Notes under the pieces: model-generated
Databases searched by the model: none
Seen by the model: the letters and a program-made list of their open reading frames with translations, nothing else
Told to the model about the DNA's origin: nothing
Part shown: piece after piece, positions 9,545-19,634 of the stretch
Numbering within the stretch: the stretch's first letter is position 1
Layout of the letters: every line of letters begins with the position of its first letter
Made by a program: the position numbers and the translations under genes
DNA from: a virus
Taxonomy: Duplodnaviria; Caudoviricetes
Reading direction: 5' to 3' (one strand)
DNA length: 64,000 nt
Virus record (IMG/VR): IMGVR_UViG_3300042306_000967
Span: 56,951 to 120,950 of that record

Positions 9545-10413
9545 TATTTTACTTTAGATTTAAGTTCCTTAATTAGCTCATAAGAAAGCATAATAGATGA
9601 AACTTGTCCATCAGATACACTTTTTCCAATTTTCATTTTTTCTAAAACGGAAATAGTTTCTGACAATTTAATTTGTGTAACTTTATCTTTTAGTTTTGAT
9701 TTAATACTATTCAATTCTGCAATTATATTTGGTAATTCTTTTCCAACATAATCTACGAATTTGGTAGTATTTGAGATGTTGTTTATATATTCTTTCAACA
9801 AATTCTTTTGAGAATTATCTAAATTTGTATATTTTTTGTTGAAAGTTTCTACTAGAATCTTATAGGTAAGTAATCGTAGGTCTTTGTCTTGTTGTTTATA
9901 GGTTTCAATCAACTTCTTATCTTCGGTTGGTTGAGTTTTTAAAGCAGGTTTTGAGGTAATGTTTTCAATTAGGGTAATTTTAGAATTAAAGATATCTTTA
10001 ATATCATATCCTTCTGCTCTTTTAGATTCAAATACTTTATAGATAGATGCTAGTACTTTATAGTTAGAAATAGGGGATGATAGGAATTGTTCAATTTCAA
10101 ATTTTGCCGAAATTTCTTTAATAAGGTTAAATTTTTCTTTAGAAAGTGTATTTTGGTTCAATTTAGCATGTGCATCACATACCGTTTCTACCAATCTATC
10201 TGCTTTTGTTTCAGAACTATATTTTTCCTTTAATAGTATATCATAAAGACGTAGTTCTTTATTTAACTCCGTATTTGGAGCAAAGAACTCTTTTACGATT
10301 TTTTTAGCGTTTTCGGTCTTATCGCCATTAAGAACTTCCAATGTTATTTGTCTTACTAAAAGCTCAAATAACACTCCAGTATTCTTAAACTTGGAATGTT
10401 TAATTTTTTTCAT
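9544..10413 (-). CDS. Conserved hypothetical protein downstream of portal
   Basis: 289-aa helical ORF (KHSKFKNTGVLFELLVRQIT); late motif at 10455-10462. Confidence 0.55.
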   Translation of the reverse strand: MKKIKHSKFKNTGVLFELLVRQITLEVLNGDKTENAKKIVKEFFAPNTELNKELRLYDILLKEKYSSETKADRLVETVCDAHAKLNQNTLSKEKFNLIKEISAKFEIEQFLSSPISNYKVLASIYKVFESKRAEGYDIKDIFNSKITLIENITSKPALKTQPTEDKKLIETYKQQDKDLRLLTYKILVETFNKKYTNLDNSQKNLLKEYINNISNTTKFVDYVGKELPNIIAELNSIKSKLKDKVTQIKLSETISVLEKMKIGKSVSDGQVSSIMLSYELIKELKSKVK

Positions 10414-10479
10414 TTACTTACCCTATATTTGTTCTACCCTATAAACTAACACATATAAATATAAACAAATTAATGTTTA

Positions 10480-12255
10480 TTAAATTTTTGTATCGTCTAA
10501 TAGGTTTTTTTCATCAAGCATACCCGATTTTTCATTTAAAACCGTCTTTTTTGATGAAATTCCGTTTATATATTCTCTTGCTAACTTCTTAGCGTTTGTA
10601 TTTAAATATCTATCATCTCGTTTTCTCTCCTTATGATTCTCCTTATCTCCCAATGGGTCTCTGCCGTATGGGTGTTTATCTTTACCATAAGTGTTTCCTT
10701 CTCTAGGTCTACCCACATTTCTATTCAATTCAATTTCAGTTTTTAACTTTTGAATTTCTTCTTCTACATTTTGTTGTTCTGGTGGATTTGCTGGGTCCTG
10801 TCCTTGTTGTTCAATTGAACTATGTCTGAATCTATCTTTAAGGTCTAAAATTACTTTAGCTCTTTCAATATCAATTTCATCCTGAGATAATCCGAAGATA
10901 TTATGGTATGCCCAATCAGATGATAACATATTAAGTGCTTTTGCATCAGATGCTAATCTAACCTTCTCACTCCATAAGTTTACTTTCTCTTGCTCATAGA
11001 TTGTAGAAGCGTTTGTCAAACTTAATTCAAAGTTTGTCATTTCAGAATCTTCTATACCATTTGATGCCAAGTGAACTACTGCAATTTTTGCTAATTCACT
11101 AACAACCGTTCTTTGAATTCTTTCAATAGTTCTTGCAAAACGAACATCTTCTGCAGCCAATGTAGCTTTACCATTCACATTCTCATCATAAGATAAGTAC
11201 GCTTTTGGTACTCTCAAAGCTGCAAATAATTTATGTTTTAAATAATCAATATCTTCAATTGCTGCATAATCTAATCCAGCTAAATTATCAATATTAGTAC
11301 CACTATCGCTACCACGTACAGGTAGAAAGAAATCTTCGGTAAGGTTTTGGATATTATATTTTAAGTTGTAATCTCCGGTGTTCTTATCAACAAATGGAGT
11401 TTTCTTCATTTTATTGATAATTTTTTGCATATAGTTATCTACTTCCTGTGGTGGGATATTACCTATATCAATTTTGAACACTCTTTTTTCAGGTGCTCTC
11501 ATAATACGATGAATTAACATCGCATCTTCCATAAGTGATAATTGTTTCCAAATTCTTCTTGCACCCTCAATCATTGATTTACCATAAGGAAGGAAGTTAG
11601 TATCTGATAACATTCTAAAGTGAGCCATCTCATATTGCTCATATTCCTTCTTGCCAAATCTATCCAATTCAATCTTATATTTTACATAATCAGGATTGTT
11701 TGGGTCAGTACCTTCTAATCTTTCTACATTATATGTTGAGTGAGGTGCTACGTTGATAATACCTTTACCAGGTAGGATTTCTAATGCCAAAAAAGCATCA
11801 CCATATTTTACTAAATTTCTAATCCAAGGCCATAAGTTAAACTCCACATTCATTATATCATAGAATAAATTGTGAAGCATTTCTCTTACATTCTCATTTG
11901 TGGATTTAATTTGAAGTACATCACCATATTCATTTTTAGTTGTACTTTCATCCGCATATATATCTAAAGCAGAACCAATGATTGGGTCCATATCCATAGC
12001 ATCATAATCTCTAAAAAGTTCTCTACGAACTTGATGATATGCCATTGATTGAGCACCCTGATGAGTTTCAAAATAAGACCTTTGTAACTTCGTATATCTA
12101 TCTCTTAAATTTACAAAGTTTGTATTTGATTGACGGTCTTCAATATCAACCACTCTACGTTTACCATCTTTATCAACGGTTACGATTGCATTGGTTGAAA
12201 ATAGTTTTTTTAGTCTCCCAAAGAAACTCCTATCGTCTTGAAATTGTTCTGCCAT
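10480..12255 (-). CDS. gp20: Portal vertex protein (T4 gp20 family)
   Basis: LMEDAMLIHRIMRAPEKRVFKIDIGNIPP, EDFFLPVRG, LFAALRVPKAYL, EDVRFARTIERIQ. Confidence 0.95.
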   Translation of the reverse strand: MAEQFQDDRSFFGRLKKLFSTNAIVTVDKDGKRRVVDIEDRQSNTNFVNLRDRYTKLQRSYFETHQGAQSMAYHQVRRELFRDYDAMDMDPIIGSALDIYADESTTKNEYGDVLQIKSTNENVREMLHNLFYDIMNVEFNLWPWIRNLVKYGDAFLALEILPGKGIINVAPHSTYNVERLEGTDPNNPDYVKYKIELDRFGKKEYEQYEMAHFRMLSDTNFLPYGKSMIEGARRIWKQLSLMEDAMLIHRIMRAPEKRVFKIDIGNIPPQEVDNYMQKIINKMKKTPFVDKNTGDYNLKYNIQNLTEDFFLPVRGSDSGTNIDNLAGLDYAAIEDIDYLKHKLFAALRVPKAYLSYDENVNGKATLAAEDVRFARTIERIQRTVVSELAKIAVVHLASNGIEDSEMTNFELSLTNASTIYEQEKVNLWSEKVRLASDAKALNMLSSDWAYHNIFGLSQDEIDIERAKVILDLKDRFRHSSIEQQGQDPANPPEQQNVEEEIQKLKTEIELNRNVGRPREGNTYGKDKHPYGRDPLGDKENHKERKRDDRYLNTNAKKLAREYINGISSKKTVLNEKSGMLDEKNLLDDTKI

Positions 12256-12263
12256 AATTTATT

Positions 12264-12701
12264 TTACCATTTTCTACAAGACCAATATCTTGCTTTTGTT
12301 CTTGGACCGGGATTATCACAATTGTGTCTTGCTCTAAAATTAGCCCTTCTACCAGGATTATTTTTCTTAATTTTTACCCCTTTCTGTCCAAAGTTTACTT
12401 TAATAACTTTACCAGTTTTAGGATTTTTAACATATACCTTAAACTTTTTCACATCACCTGCCATTGGTTTACCCAATTTCACTTCTCTACCTTGATATTC
12501 GGCTTCAAAAACACAACTACAATTAGCTTCATCTAATGATTGTGAATATGCTTTAAGATAATTGATAAAATCATCCATATCTTCTTGCTCTACATCCAAT
12601 TCATCATAATCATCAATTGGATTATCAGCCGGTTGGTCTCCTTTTGAATATGCTTTATCTACATATTCATCTTCTTTTAGGATATTTGTTAATTTAATCA
12701 T
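12264..12701 (-). CDS. Small head-associated protein with basic C-terminal Cys/His domain
   Basis: MIKLTNILKE| start; acidic half followed by KKFKVYV...VNFG...RRANFRARHNC...ARYWSC..W, a module common in T4-like phages. Confidence 0.55.
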   Translation of the reverse strand: MIKLTNILKEDEYVDKAYSKGDQPADNPIDDYDELDVEQEDMDDFINYLKAYSQSLDEANCSCVFEAEYQGREVKLGKPMAGDVKKFKVYVKNPKTGKVIKVNFGQKGVKIKKNNPGRRANFRARHNCDNPGPRTKARYWSCRKW

Positions 12702-12765
12702 TTTGGTCTCCTTTTTCTATTTTGACATATATCATAAATATCTGAAATTGTCAAAACCCTACAAT

Positions 12766-14361
12766 TTATAACCATTGTGATAAATCCTCAAAATCATCAC
12801 CAATTTTCATCTTCCAAGGATTATCATCTCTATCGGATGGTCCATAAACACCAGCATGCTGCATATTTGATGAAATACCACCCAAAGTTCTCTTTGTAAG
12901 GTCAATACCTTCTTGTCTTAAACGAAGTGCAGTATCCCTTACCCACAATCCAATTGATAATGCCATCGTAAGGTCATCGTTATAACCCTTCATAGCTTCT
13001 GCTCTACCATTAATGAATATAAAAGTAAATAATTCATCAATTAAACGATTAGAACGGATTGTTACCGATTTTTCTCTAAAATATTCATCTAATTTAGAAA
13101 TAATTAAAGGTCTAGTTTTAGATGTTGTTGAAAACCCAGCTACCATTTGCCTCTCATCTGCTCTATATTTATTTTTCATTTGATGTTCAACATCCACATA
13201 TTTTAAATCCTTACTCATATAGAATAAGTTTTTATAATCTCTATCTATACATTGTTGAATACACGCCCAACCAATATTTGAGTTTTCTATTACTAATAAA
13301 GCATCATTATATTCAGTTGATAAGTTTACTAAAAAGTTTCCAAAATCTTTTGTTTCAATTTTACCTTTGTATTCTGCAACCTGTGTTGCGTTTAGTACAT
13401 CTATTACGTGACATCCAGAAAAGTCAGCACCATCACCTCTGGCAACGTCCGCTACTACCATATAAGAGCCGTTTGTAGTTGGATATTCCCATCTCCAAAG
13501 ATTCCCATCAAATCCAGTTTTTTCAATTGGATTTTGACAATATGTTTCTTTATAGAACATTAATAATTCTGGATCAATTACAGTATCACCCGAAGATACG
13601 AAGTCACAATCACATTCTTGGGCTGCTTTTTTAGCACCCAATAATCTTTGTTGTTCATCTCTCCAACTCTGGTCTCTTTCAGGATGTACTGTCCAATGCA
13701 ATCGTATTGTATTAAATGGATTTGTTCCTTCTTCGGCATCTAACCAAGTTTTGTGGAACCAGTTACCCACACCATTAGGAGTAGAAAGTGCAATACAACT
13801 ACCACCCGTTGATAAGGTTGATTGTGCCGCTACCCAAATCTCATCAATATCATCAATGAATGCAGCCTCATCAAATATAAGTAAGGATAGAGCTTCAGAA
13901 CGTCCTGCATCAGGTGAACTCGCAATCGCTTTAATTTGAGAACCATTATTTAAACGAAGGGAAAGTTTATTATCTTCCAAAGAACCACCCTTTAACCAAC
14001 TTGGTAATAAATCGTGCATTACCCTTACTTTAGTTACTAGGTTCTTTGCTACATCTTGTTTTGTTGCAATTACCAACACATTGAAATCGGTATTGAATAT
14101 CATCTTCCAAAGTGCATATCCAGCTGAAAGTGTTGAGATACCGGTTTGACGTGATTTCAATACTATATTAAATCGGTTATCTTTAAATTGTGTTAGAGTT
14201 TGTTCCTGAAATGGGAAAAGGTGAAAAGGTATCTTACCTCTCACCGGATGCTGAATCATACAATACTTTTTCATAAAGTGAATCGGGTCTACCGCACACT
14301 TTTTGTATTCATCTGCTATTATATCCTTTAGGGATTTTTTTTGTGTAATTCCAGTACTCAT
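12766..14361 (-). CDS. gp17: Terminase large subunit
   Basis: Walker A LKSRQTGIST, Walker B LLIFDEAAFI, coupling motif LSTPNG, nuclease ADVARGDGAD and NDDLTMA. Confidence 0.96.
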   Translation of the reverse strand: MSTGITQKKSLKDIIADEYKKCAVDPIHFMKKYCMIQHPVRGKIPFHLFPFQEQTLTQFKDNRFNIVLKSRQTGISTLSAGYALWKMIFNTDFNVLVIATKQDVAKNLVTKVRVMHDLLPSWLKGGSLEDNKLSLRLNNGSQIKAIASSPDAGRSEALSLLIFDEAAFIDDIDEIWVAAQSTLSTGGSCIALSTPNGVGNWFHKTWLDAEEGTNPFNTIRLHWTVHPERDQSWRDEQQRLLGAKKAAQECDCDFVSSGDTVIDPELLMFYKETYCQNPIEKTGFDGNLWRWEYPTTNGSYMVVADVARGDGADFSGCHVIDVLNATQVAEYKGKIETKDFGNFLVNLSTEYNDALLVIENSNIGWACIQQCIDRDYKNLFYMSKDLKYVDVEHQMKNKYRADERQMVAGFSTTSKTRPLIISKLDEYFREKSVTIRSNRLIDELFTFIFINGRAEAMKGYNDDLTMALSIGLWVRDTALRLRQEGIDLTKRTLGGISSNMQHAGVYGPSDRDDNPWKMKIGDDFEDLSQWL

Positions 14362-14362
14362 A

Positions 14363-15046
14363 TTAATCGTTAATAGGTCTTACTAAATCGTAATTTTTAT
14401 CTTTTAATTTTTCGTAAGCCTCATTTCTTAATTTTGTAGCCTGTTCAACTTCTTTTTCAAAATTAACAATATCTAAAAGTATTTCTGCTTTGAGTTCATC
14501 AACATCTCTTTCCATACTCCAAGTTTCAATCTTTCCATCTTCTTGAATTACTTCGTATGTTTGTTTAGCATCATTATAAGCCTGTTTGAATTGTGCAATC
14601 ACATCGTTACCGTATGCAATCATATTAGAGTATATCTTATAATCTTCATATGCTTCCCACAACCCATCAGTTTTGATTATTCTTTCTTTTTTTGCCAGAC
14701 AAGTTATACAATATCCTGTTTTGGATATTAATTTTTTATCAACTCTACCTATTTTGATTGTTTTACAATCTTCAGCTTTACAACTATTTAATTTATCTAA
14801 ATAAGCTCTAGTCTCGGCCATAATATCACCTAATTCCGAAACTTCTATTTTACCGGCAGCATGTTGTTCCCAAGATTTACCATTATCATCAGTCCATCTT
14901 TCACCAACTTTTCTTTTTATTTTCTTCTTATCTGCTCCTGCGAATGAAATCTGTGTTTCCTTTTGATATTCTCCACCCGTTAAAACCATATCTACCAACT
15001 TTTTTCGAGTTGGATGCATGAATTTTTTATTGAATTCTCTTGCCAT
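14363..15046 (-). CDS. Hypothetical protein with putative Zn ribbon upstream of terminase
   Basis: CKAEDC...YCITC cysteine pairs and C-terminal coiled coil; adjacent to terL (small-terminase role possible, unproven). Confidence 0.45.
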   Translation of the reverse strand: MAREFNKKFMHPTRKKLVDMVLTGGEYQKETQISFAGADKKKIKRKVGERWTDDNGKSWEQHAAGKIEVSELGDIMAETRAYLDKLNSCKAEDCKTIKIGRVDKKLISKTGYCITCLAKKERIIKTDGLWEAYEDYKIYSNMIAYGNDVIAQFKQAYNDAKQTYEVIQEDGKIETWSMERDVDELKAEILLDIVNFEKEVEQATKLRNEAYEKLKDKNYDLVRPIND

Positions 15047-15097
15047 ATTACTTACAATATATTTGTATATATAAGTATATCAAAATTCAAAAAACGA

Positions 15098-18061
15098 TTA
15101 AGAATCAAAAAATATTCCTAAAATTTGATTTAATGGTGCGAATGCACCTGTTAATTTGTAAGTGTTACCACCATATACAAATACAATACCTTCGTTTGGT
15201 ACAATCTTATCAAATCCACCCAAAGCATTTAAACGTTCTAACTCTAATTTTAATTTTGCAATCTTTTTAGGGTCACCACTTGCTTTTACTTGTTGAATTG
15301 TAGATTCCAAACGAGCTACCATTTGTCTTTTGGCACTATCAGGATTTGCTGTAAGTACCGAACTCATAAATGATAATACATCTGCACCAACTCCTAAAAA
15401 TATCTCCTCAAATCTCATTAGATTTTGCTTTGATATCTTTTGTTGGTCTTGTTTATCAGTTTGTTCAGCCCAAGCTCTTAATTTAGTATCTTGTATTGTG
15501 TTAATACGGAAACTCTTGTCACCAAAAGCCCATCTCTTAACCAATCCTATTTTTTCTTGTGTATCTAATTTTTTTGCATTCTTTTCAACAAACTTAGTCC
15601 ACCATGCTTGATGATAATCCGCTACTCCATCCGAATCACTTAATGTAAATTCAGATTGAAGTTTACTAATCATAGAAATATACTTTCCTTGTAATTTAGA
15701 AAGATGTTCTGATTTAGGTAACTTATTCATCGGTGGGCCTTGAATTGTATATTTAGATTGTACGTGCGCATTTACTTGCTTAATCATACCGCCTAATATA
15801 GTTGCCGCTTGTTGATTCTCACCTACGATAGTACCATCCATATCGTAATCAAAAGTACCATGAAACACTAATAGCGGTTGATTGTAGGGGATTACGTTTA
15901 CAGACGTTGGATATATTACTTCCAAATTCATAAACGAACTACCATCCTTAAATATCTTTTTACGTTGAGGTTCAGATAGGGCTGCAATTGCTTTAGATAA
16001 ATCCTGCATAGCGAAGTTGTAAGCATCGGTTAATCCACCTCTACCAGCAAACTTATCTGCTACCTGTCCTATTGTCATAGCACCAGCTCCTTTGTTCTTT
16101 AGATGTGATTTGTTACGAGCCGCAACTAATCTACCATTTACCCAACTAACTGCTAATGCTTGTCCATCGGTTTTTTCTCTTGCTAATTCCAAATCACCAT
16201 TAAGTGCTCTTACTACAATTTGTTTAAGGTCACCGAATGTTAATCCCATTTCAATATCAAATGGATGTGCCATATGTCCATATGCACCACCTTCTAAAAT
16301 TAAACCTTCACTTAAAGATTCTTTTTTAACTTTTTTAAGCTGTGCCATTATTTTATCTAACTCTGCTCTTACTTTTAATTGAGCAGGTGAATTTGGCATC
16401 ATTTTAAGTGCTTTAAGAAATAGTCTATCTCTTTCTCTTTCTAATTCTTTTACTCCTTCGTTAAATGGAGTTTCAATTTTAGAAAGTTTACTATAATAAT
16501 TTGGGTCTTCGTAAAGATGGTCTAATGCAATTTCTTTTGCAATATTAATATCAGTAGTATGTTCTCTTTCAACAGCATACCCTTTTATAAATTCGTTCTT
16601 TAAAGTTTGTGGACTGATATTATGATGTTTAGCTATATCTTTTAGGGTCATTCCTTTTGCTAATCCACCAGGTATCTGGTCTTCTTTTACTGGTTGGTAT
16701 TCTTCACTATCATCTTTATCCAACTTTGATTTTAATTTCTTAACATCTTTTGGATTTGGTGCACCATTAATATATCCTCCAGGTAATGATAAACCTACAC
16801 CAGCTCCGCCACCAAGTCCCATCTCATTGATGATTTCATCAACAATTTGGTTTATTTCATCTTCTGAAATAAGATTTTCTTTTACTACTTTTATATTTTG
16901 TTTACCGTCCAATTCAGCTTGTTTTCTTTGTTCTTTTTCTTTTGTAGTTAGTGTTTCTTCCCACCCCATATCTTTTACCGAAGTCATTACATCACCTAAC
17001 CAATTGGTATATGCTCTTTTAGCTGTAAATTTACCTATTGTGTCCGTGTTCTTTGGTTCTTGCATTATTGGAAAGTTTGTTACTTGAGTACGAGGGTCTA
17101 ATTCTTTATAATTTACTAATTCTTTTTCCTTTGCTTTACCCTTATCATCATCAACTTCTTCGTATCCAATTCTATTAGCTCTTACTTTAGATTGAGTATG
17201 ATATTGTTTCCAAGAAGATGCAAAAGGTCCTGTACCATCATCTGTTTCTATTCTTTCTACCCCAAATTGGGATTGAACCGATACTTCTTTTAATTGTTCT
17301 TTTTTAGGAATTCTAAAAGTTACTGCTTTCTTACCATTGATTGTTGGCATTCCCCACTCATCCTCACCTATTGATTTAACAACTACTTTTTTATTTTTGA
17401 ATTTACCCATTAACAAAGTATCACCAACTTTTACGTTTAGTTTAATTTCTTCGTTAATAGATTCTTTTAATTTTTTTAATTTAAGAGTTATTAGTTTGAA
17501 TACTTGGTCATCAAACTTTGGATATGCTTTTGTGAAGTTTTTCTTTCTATCAGTCGCACTACCCGCACTTAACCAATAACGAACATCAGTTCCGCTAATT
17601 GGATTGGGTTGAGCAGGTGCCGCATAAACATAACCTCTATCTAAATAACCAGTATCTACTTTACCCTTATACGGTTTAAAATATTTACCACTTAAACGAG
17701 ATGCATCTTTTTCACCTACCACCGTTATAAACCCAGTAGTATCTGAATCAAATTTATTAAGTATTTCTTCTGGAGCATAAGGATTTTTAATATTGACTAT
17801 TTTGTTTGATGGAATACCAAACATTGTTGTCATTATCGCTTTCTTTTCCTTAAAATTAAATGGAGATTTCTTTGAATCGGTAACATTAGAAGTTCCGATA
17901 TATACACTATCTTTACCGAATTTCTTAACTAAATGGTCATACGTTGCGTAGTGACCTTTATGAAATGGTTGAAAGCGGCCAGAATAGACAACAACTACTT
18001 TGTCCATCCCTGCCGCTTCTCCCAATATTGTTTCTACTAAAAATTTTGCTAATCCCTTCAT
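15098..18061 (-). CDS. Multidomain protein: HIGH-type nucleotidyltransferase + small modules + RNA-ligase-like (KxDG) nucleotidyltransferase domain
   Basis: N-terminal GRFQPFHKGH and ISGTDVR; middle KG.AVEREHT...AKEIALDHL.EDPNYYSKL module; C-terminal GHMAHPFD...EKTDG...EGIVF...YKLTG. Start set at MKGLAK (18061), just below the late motif. Confidence 0.7.
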   Translation of the reverse strand: MKGLAKFLVETILGEAAGMDKVVVVYSGRFQPFHKGHYATYDHLVKKFGKDSVYIGTSNVTDSKKSPFNFKEKKAIMTTMFGIPSNKIVNIKNPYAPEEILNKFDSDTTGFITVVGEKDASRLSGKYFKPYKGKVDTGYLDRGYVYAAPAQPNPISGTDVRYWLSAGSATDRKKNFTKAYPKFDDQVFKLITLKLKKLKESINEEIKLNVKVGDTLLMGKFKNKKVVVKSIGEDEWGMPTINGKKAVTFRIPKKEQLKEVSVQSQFGVERIETDDGTGPFASSWKQYHTQSKVRANRIGYEEVDDDKGKAKEKELVNYKELDPRTQVTNFPIMQEPKNTDTIGKFTAKRAYTNWLGDVMTSVKDMGWEETLTTKEKEQRKQAELDGKQNIKVVKENLISEDEINQIVDEIINEMGLGGGAGVGLSLPGGYINGAPNPKDVKKLKSKLDKDDSEEYQPVKEDQIPGGLAKGMTLKDIAKHHNISPQTLKNEFIKGYAVEREHTTDINIAKEIALDHLYEDPNYYSKLSKIETPFNEGVKELERERDRLFLKALKMMPNSPAQLKVRAELDKIMAQLKKVKKESLSEGLILEGGAYGHMAHPFDIEMGLTFGDLKQIVVRALNGDLELAREKTDGQALAVSWVNGRLVAARNKSHLKNKGAGAMTIGQVADKFAGRGGLTDAYNFAMQDLSKAIAALSEPQRKKIFKDGSSFMNLEVIYPTSVNVIPYNQPLLVFHGTFDYDMDGTIVGENQQAATILGGMIKQVNAHVQSKYTIQGPPMNKLPKSEHLSKLQGKYISMISKLQSEFTLSDSDGVADYHQAWWTKFVEKNAKKLDTQEKIGLVKRWAFGDKSFRINTIQDTKLRAWAEQTDKQDQQKISKQNLMRFEEIFLGVGADVLSFMSSVLTANPDSAKRQMVARLESTIQQVKASGDPKKIAKLKLELERLNALGGFDKIVPNEGIVFVYGGNTYKLTGAFAPLNQILGIFFDS

Positions 18062-18099
18062 ATCATATAAATATTGGAGATTATTGTTTTGCAAAATTA

Positions 18100-18462
18100 T
18101 TAAGCCAATCCACCTTGTTGTTCAGCTAGTTGCTTTCTAGTAGGTGCACCTGGTTGATATTGAATAACACCTTCTTTAAGGTTAATTCTCATTTGTGGAT
18201 ATTTTTCATCCAATTCATCAATTGTTTGCTTGATTTCTTCGGTTATCAATTGAAACTCAACCTCTGATTTTGCAAGTACTTCATCAAGTTTAACAAGTTC
18301 AGCTTGTATTTCTTTTTTTCTAAGATATATTTGACCGAAATCGTTTATAAAGATATTTTGTTTTTGATTAAGTTGTTCTAACTTTTCTTTAACAGAATCA
18401 TCTATTTTTACAGATTCAATCTCAATACTTTGTTTTTGTGGAATGTTATCTAATTCACTCAT
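18100..18462 (-). CDS. Small coiled-coil protein, paralog of 23003..23281
   Basis: LDEKYPQMRINLKEGVIQY resembles LQKKYPNGEINLADGTISY. Confidence 0.55.
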   Translation of the reverse strand: MSELDNIPQKQSIEIESVKIDDSVKEKLEQLNQKQNIFINDFGQIYLRKKEIQAELVKLDEVLAKSEVEFQLITEEIKQTIDELDEKYPQMRINLKEGVIQYQPGAPTRKQLAEQQGGLA

Positions 18463-18505
18463 AAGTTTGTTTTTTATTGTTTTGTATATATAAGTATATT
18501 CTTTT

Positions 18506-19258
18506 TTATTTTTTAAATACCGAAACTCCTTTTTCTTTTACAACTTCCCCTGCACAATAGTTAGCCCAGTCAATAGATTCTTCTACATTATTGGATTCCA
18601 AATACCTGGCTATAAATCCAGCCACAAATGTATCACCGGCTCCACTAACATCTGCGTTCTCAACATATTCGGTTGAAATAACTTTATCCTTATAACACGC
18701 ACCAATACCATCTAAAGTTATAATCAACTTATCTTCTAACCATTTGTTCTGATAAATGATATCTCTATTGTTATAAGCTTCATTTCTATTTACTTTTATA
18801 AAAGATACATTCTTGCACCAATCACCTAAAATCTTTTTAGTATCTAATATTGTAAATTTAGCCATAGACGATATTTTATCAATATCTTCTTCGGTTAGGA
18901 ATCCTTTACAATAATCGGATATAATAACCGCATCATATTTTTTCAAATCCGGCAAATCGTAGATATCAATTCTATTTGTAGTATCATTTTCATCTACTCT
19001 CAAATATAATTCGTTTGTATCGCTATTTACATATCTCGTTTTGGTAATCATACCTTTATCAAAATATGTGTCAACAACCAATCCCATAGATTGTAAATTA
19101 GATGCTGTATTACCCGCCATTCCTCTACCCGAAACTTTTAATTCATCTATTGGTAAGAAAACTGGTCCATTTCCTTCTGGAGATTTTCTGCTCGTTGTAC
19201 CATATCTAAAAATATCAGTACATACTTCGCCGATAACTAAAACTTTATATTTTCCCAT
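18506..19258 (-). CDS. Heptose-7-phosphate kinase-like, PfkB family (HldE/RfaE kinase domain, HldA-like)
   Basis: VLVIGE...D...G...R.SPE..GPV, GMAGNTA.NL, ITKTRY, AVIISDYCKGFL, DVSGAGDTFVAG, VV.EKGV. Confidence 0.85.
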   Translation of the reverse strand: MGKYKVLVIGEVCTDIFRYGTTSRKSPEGNGPVFLPIDELKVSGRGMAGNTASNLQSMGLVVDTYFDKGMITKTRYVNSDTNELYLRVDENDTTNRIDIYDLPDLKKYDAVIISDYCKGFLTEEDIDKISSMAKFTILDTKKILGDWCKNVSFIKVNRNEAYNNRDIIYQNKWLEDKLIITLDGIGACYKDKVISTEYVENADVSGAGDTFVAGFIARYLESNNVEESIDWANYCAGEVVKEKGVSVFKK

Positions 19259-19634
19259 CACCTAATATTTTCGTTGTACTTAATCCTTCTATTTTTTCAA
19301 AGAATTCTATTTTGGGTATATATTCAACACCGATTATCTGATGGTGTTTGTAATCATTACCGATGACCATAATATCAGGCTCCCAATCTTTTATTTGTTG
19401 TATAAGTTCTTCATCGGAATTAAAAGATACAACCGATTCAACTCCATTAATTGCAGATATAAATTCTATACGGTCATTTAAATTGTTGAACGGCCTTCCT
19501 TCTCCTTTTTTTGAACGAACTCTTTCATCCGTATCCAATCCAACTCGTAAGATACCAAGTGATGAAGCATGTGATAATAATCTAATATGCCCTATATGTA
19601 AAATATCAAAAGTTCCGTTTACCCAAATTTTCAT
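19245..19634 (-). CDS. Heptose-1-phosphate nucleotidyltransferase-like (HldE/RfaE domain II, HldC-like)
   Basis: NGTFDILHIGH, VGLDTDERVRSKKGEGRPFN...R, PDIMVIGNDY, EGLSTT. Confidence 0.88.
   Translation of the reverse strand: MKIWVNGTFDILHIGHIRLLSHASSLGILRVGLDTDERVRSKKGEGRPFNNLNDRIEFISAINGVESVVSFNSDEELIQQIKDWEPDIMVIGNDYKHHQIIGVEYIPKIEFFEKIEGLSTTKILGDGKI

Noticed and set aside
14363-15046. Small terminase subunit call
   Set aside because: The position fits, but I recognise no gp16 motif; left as hypothetical.
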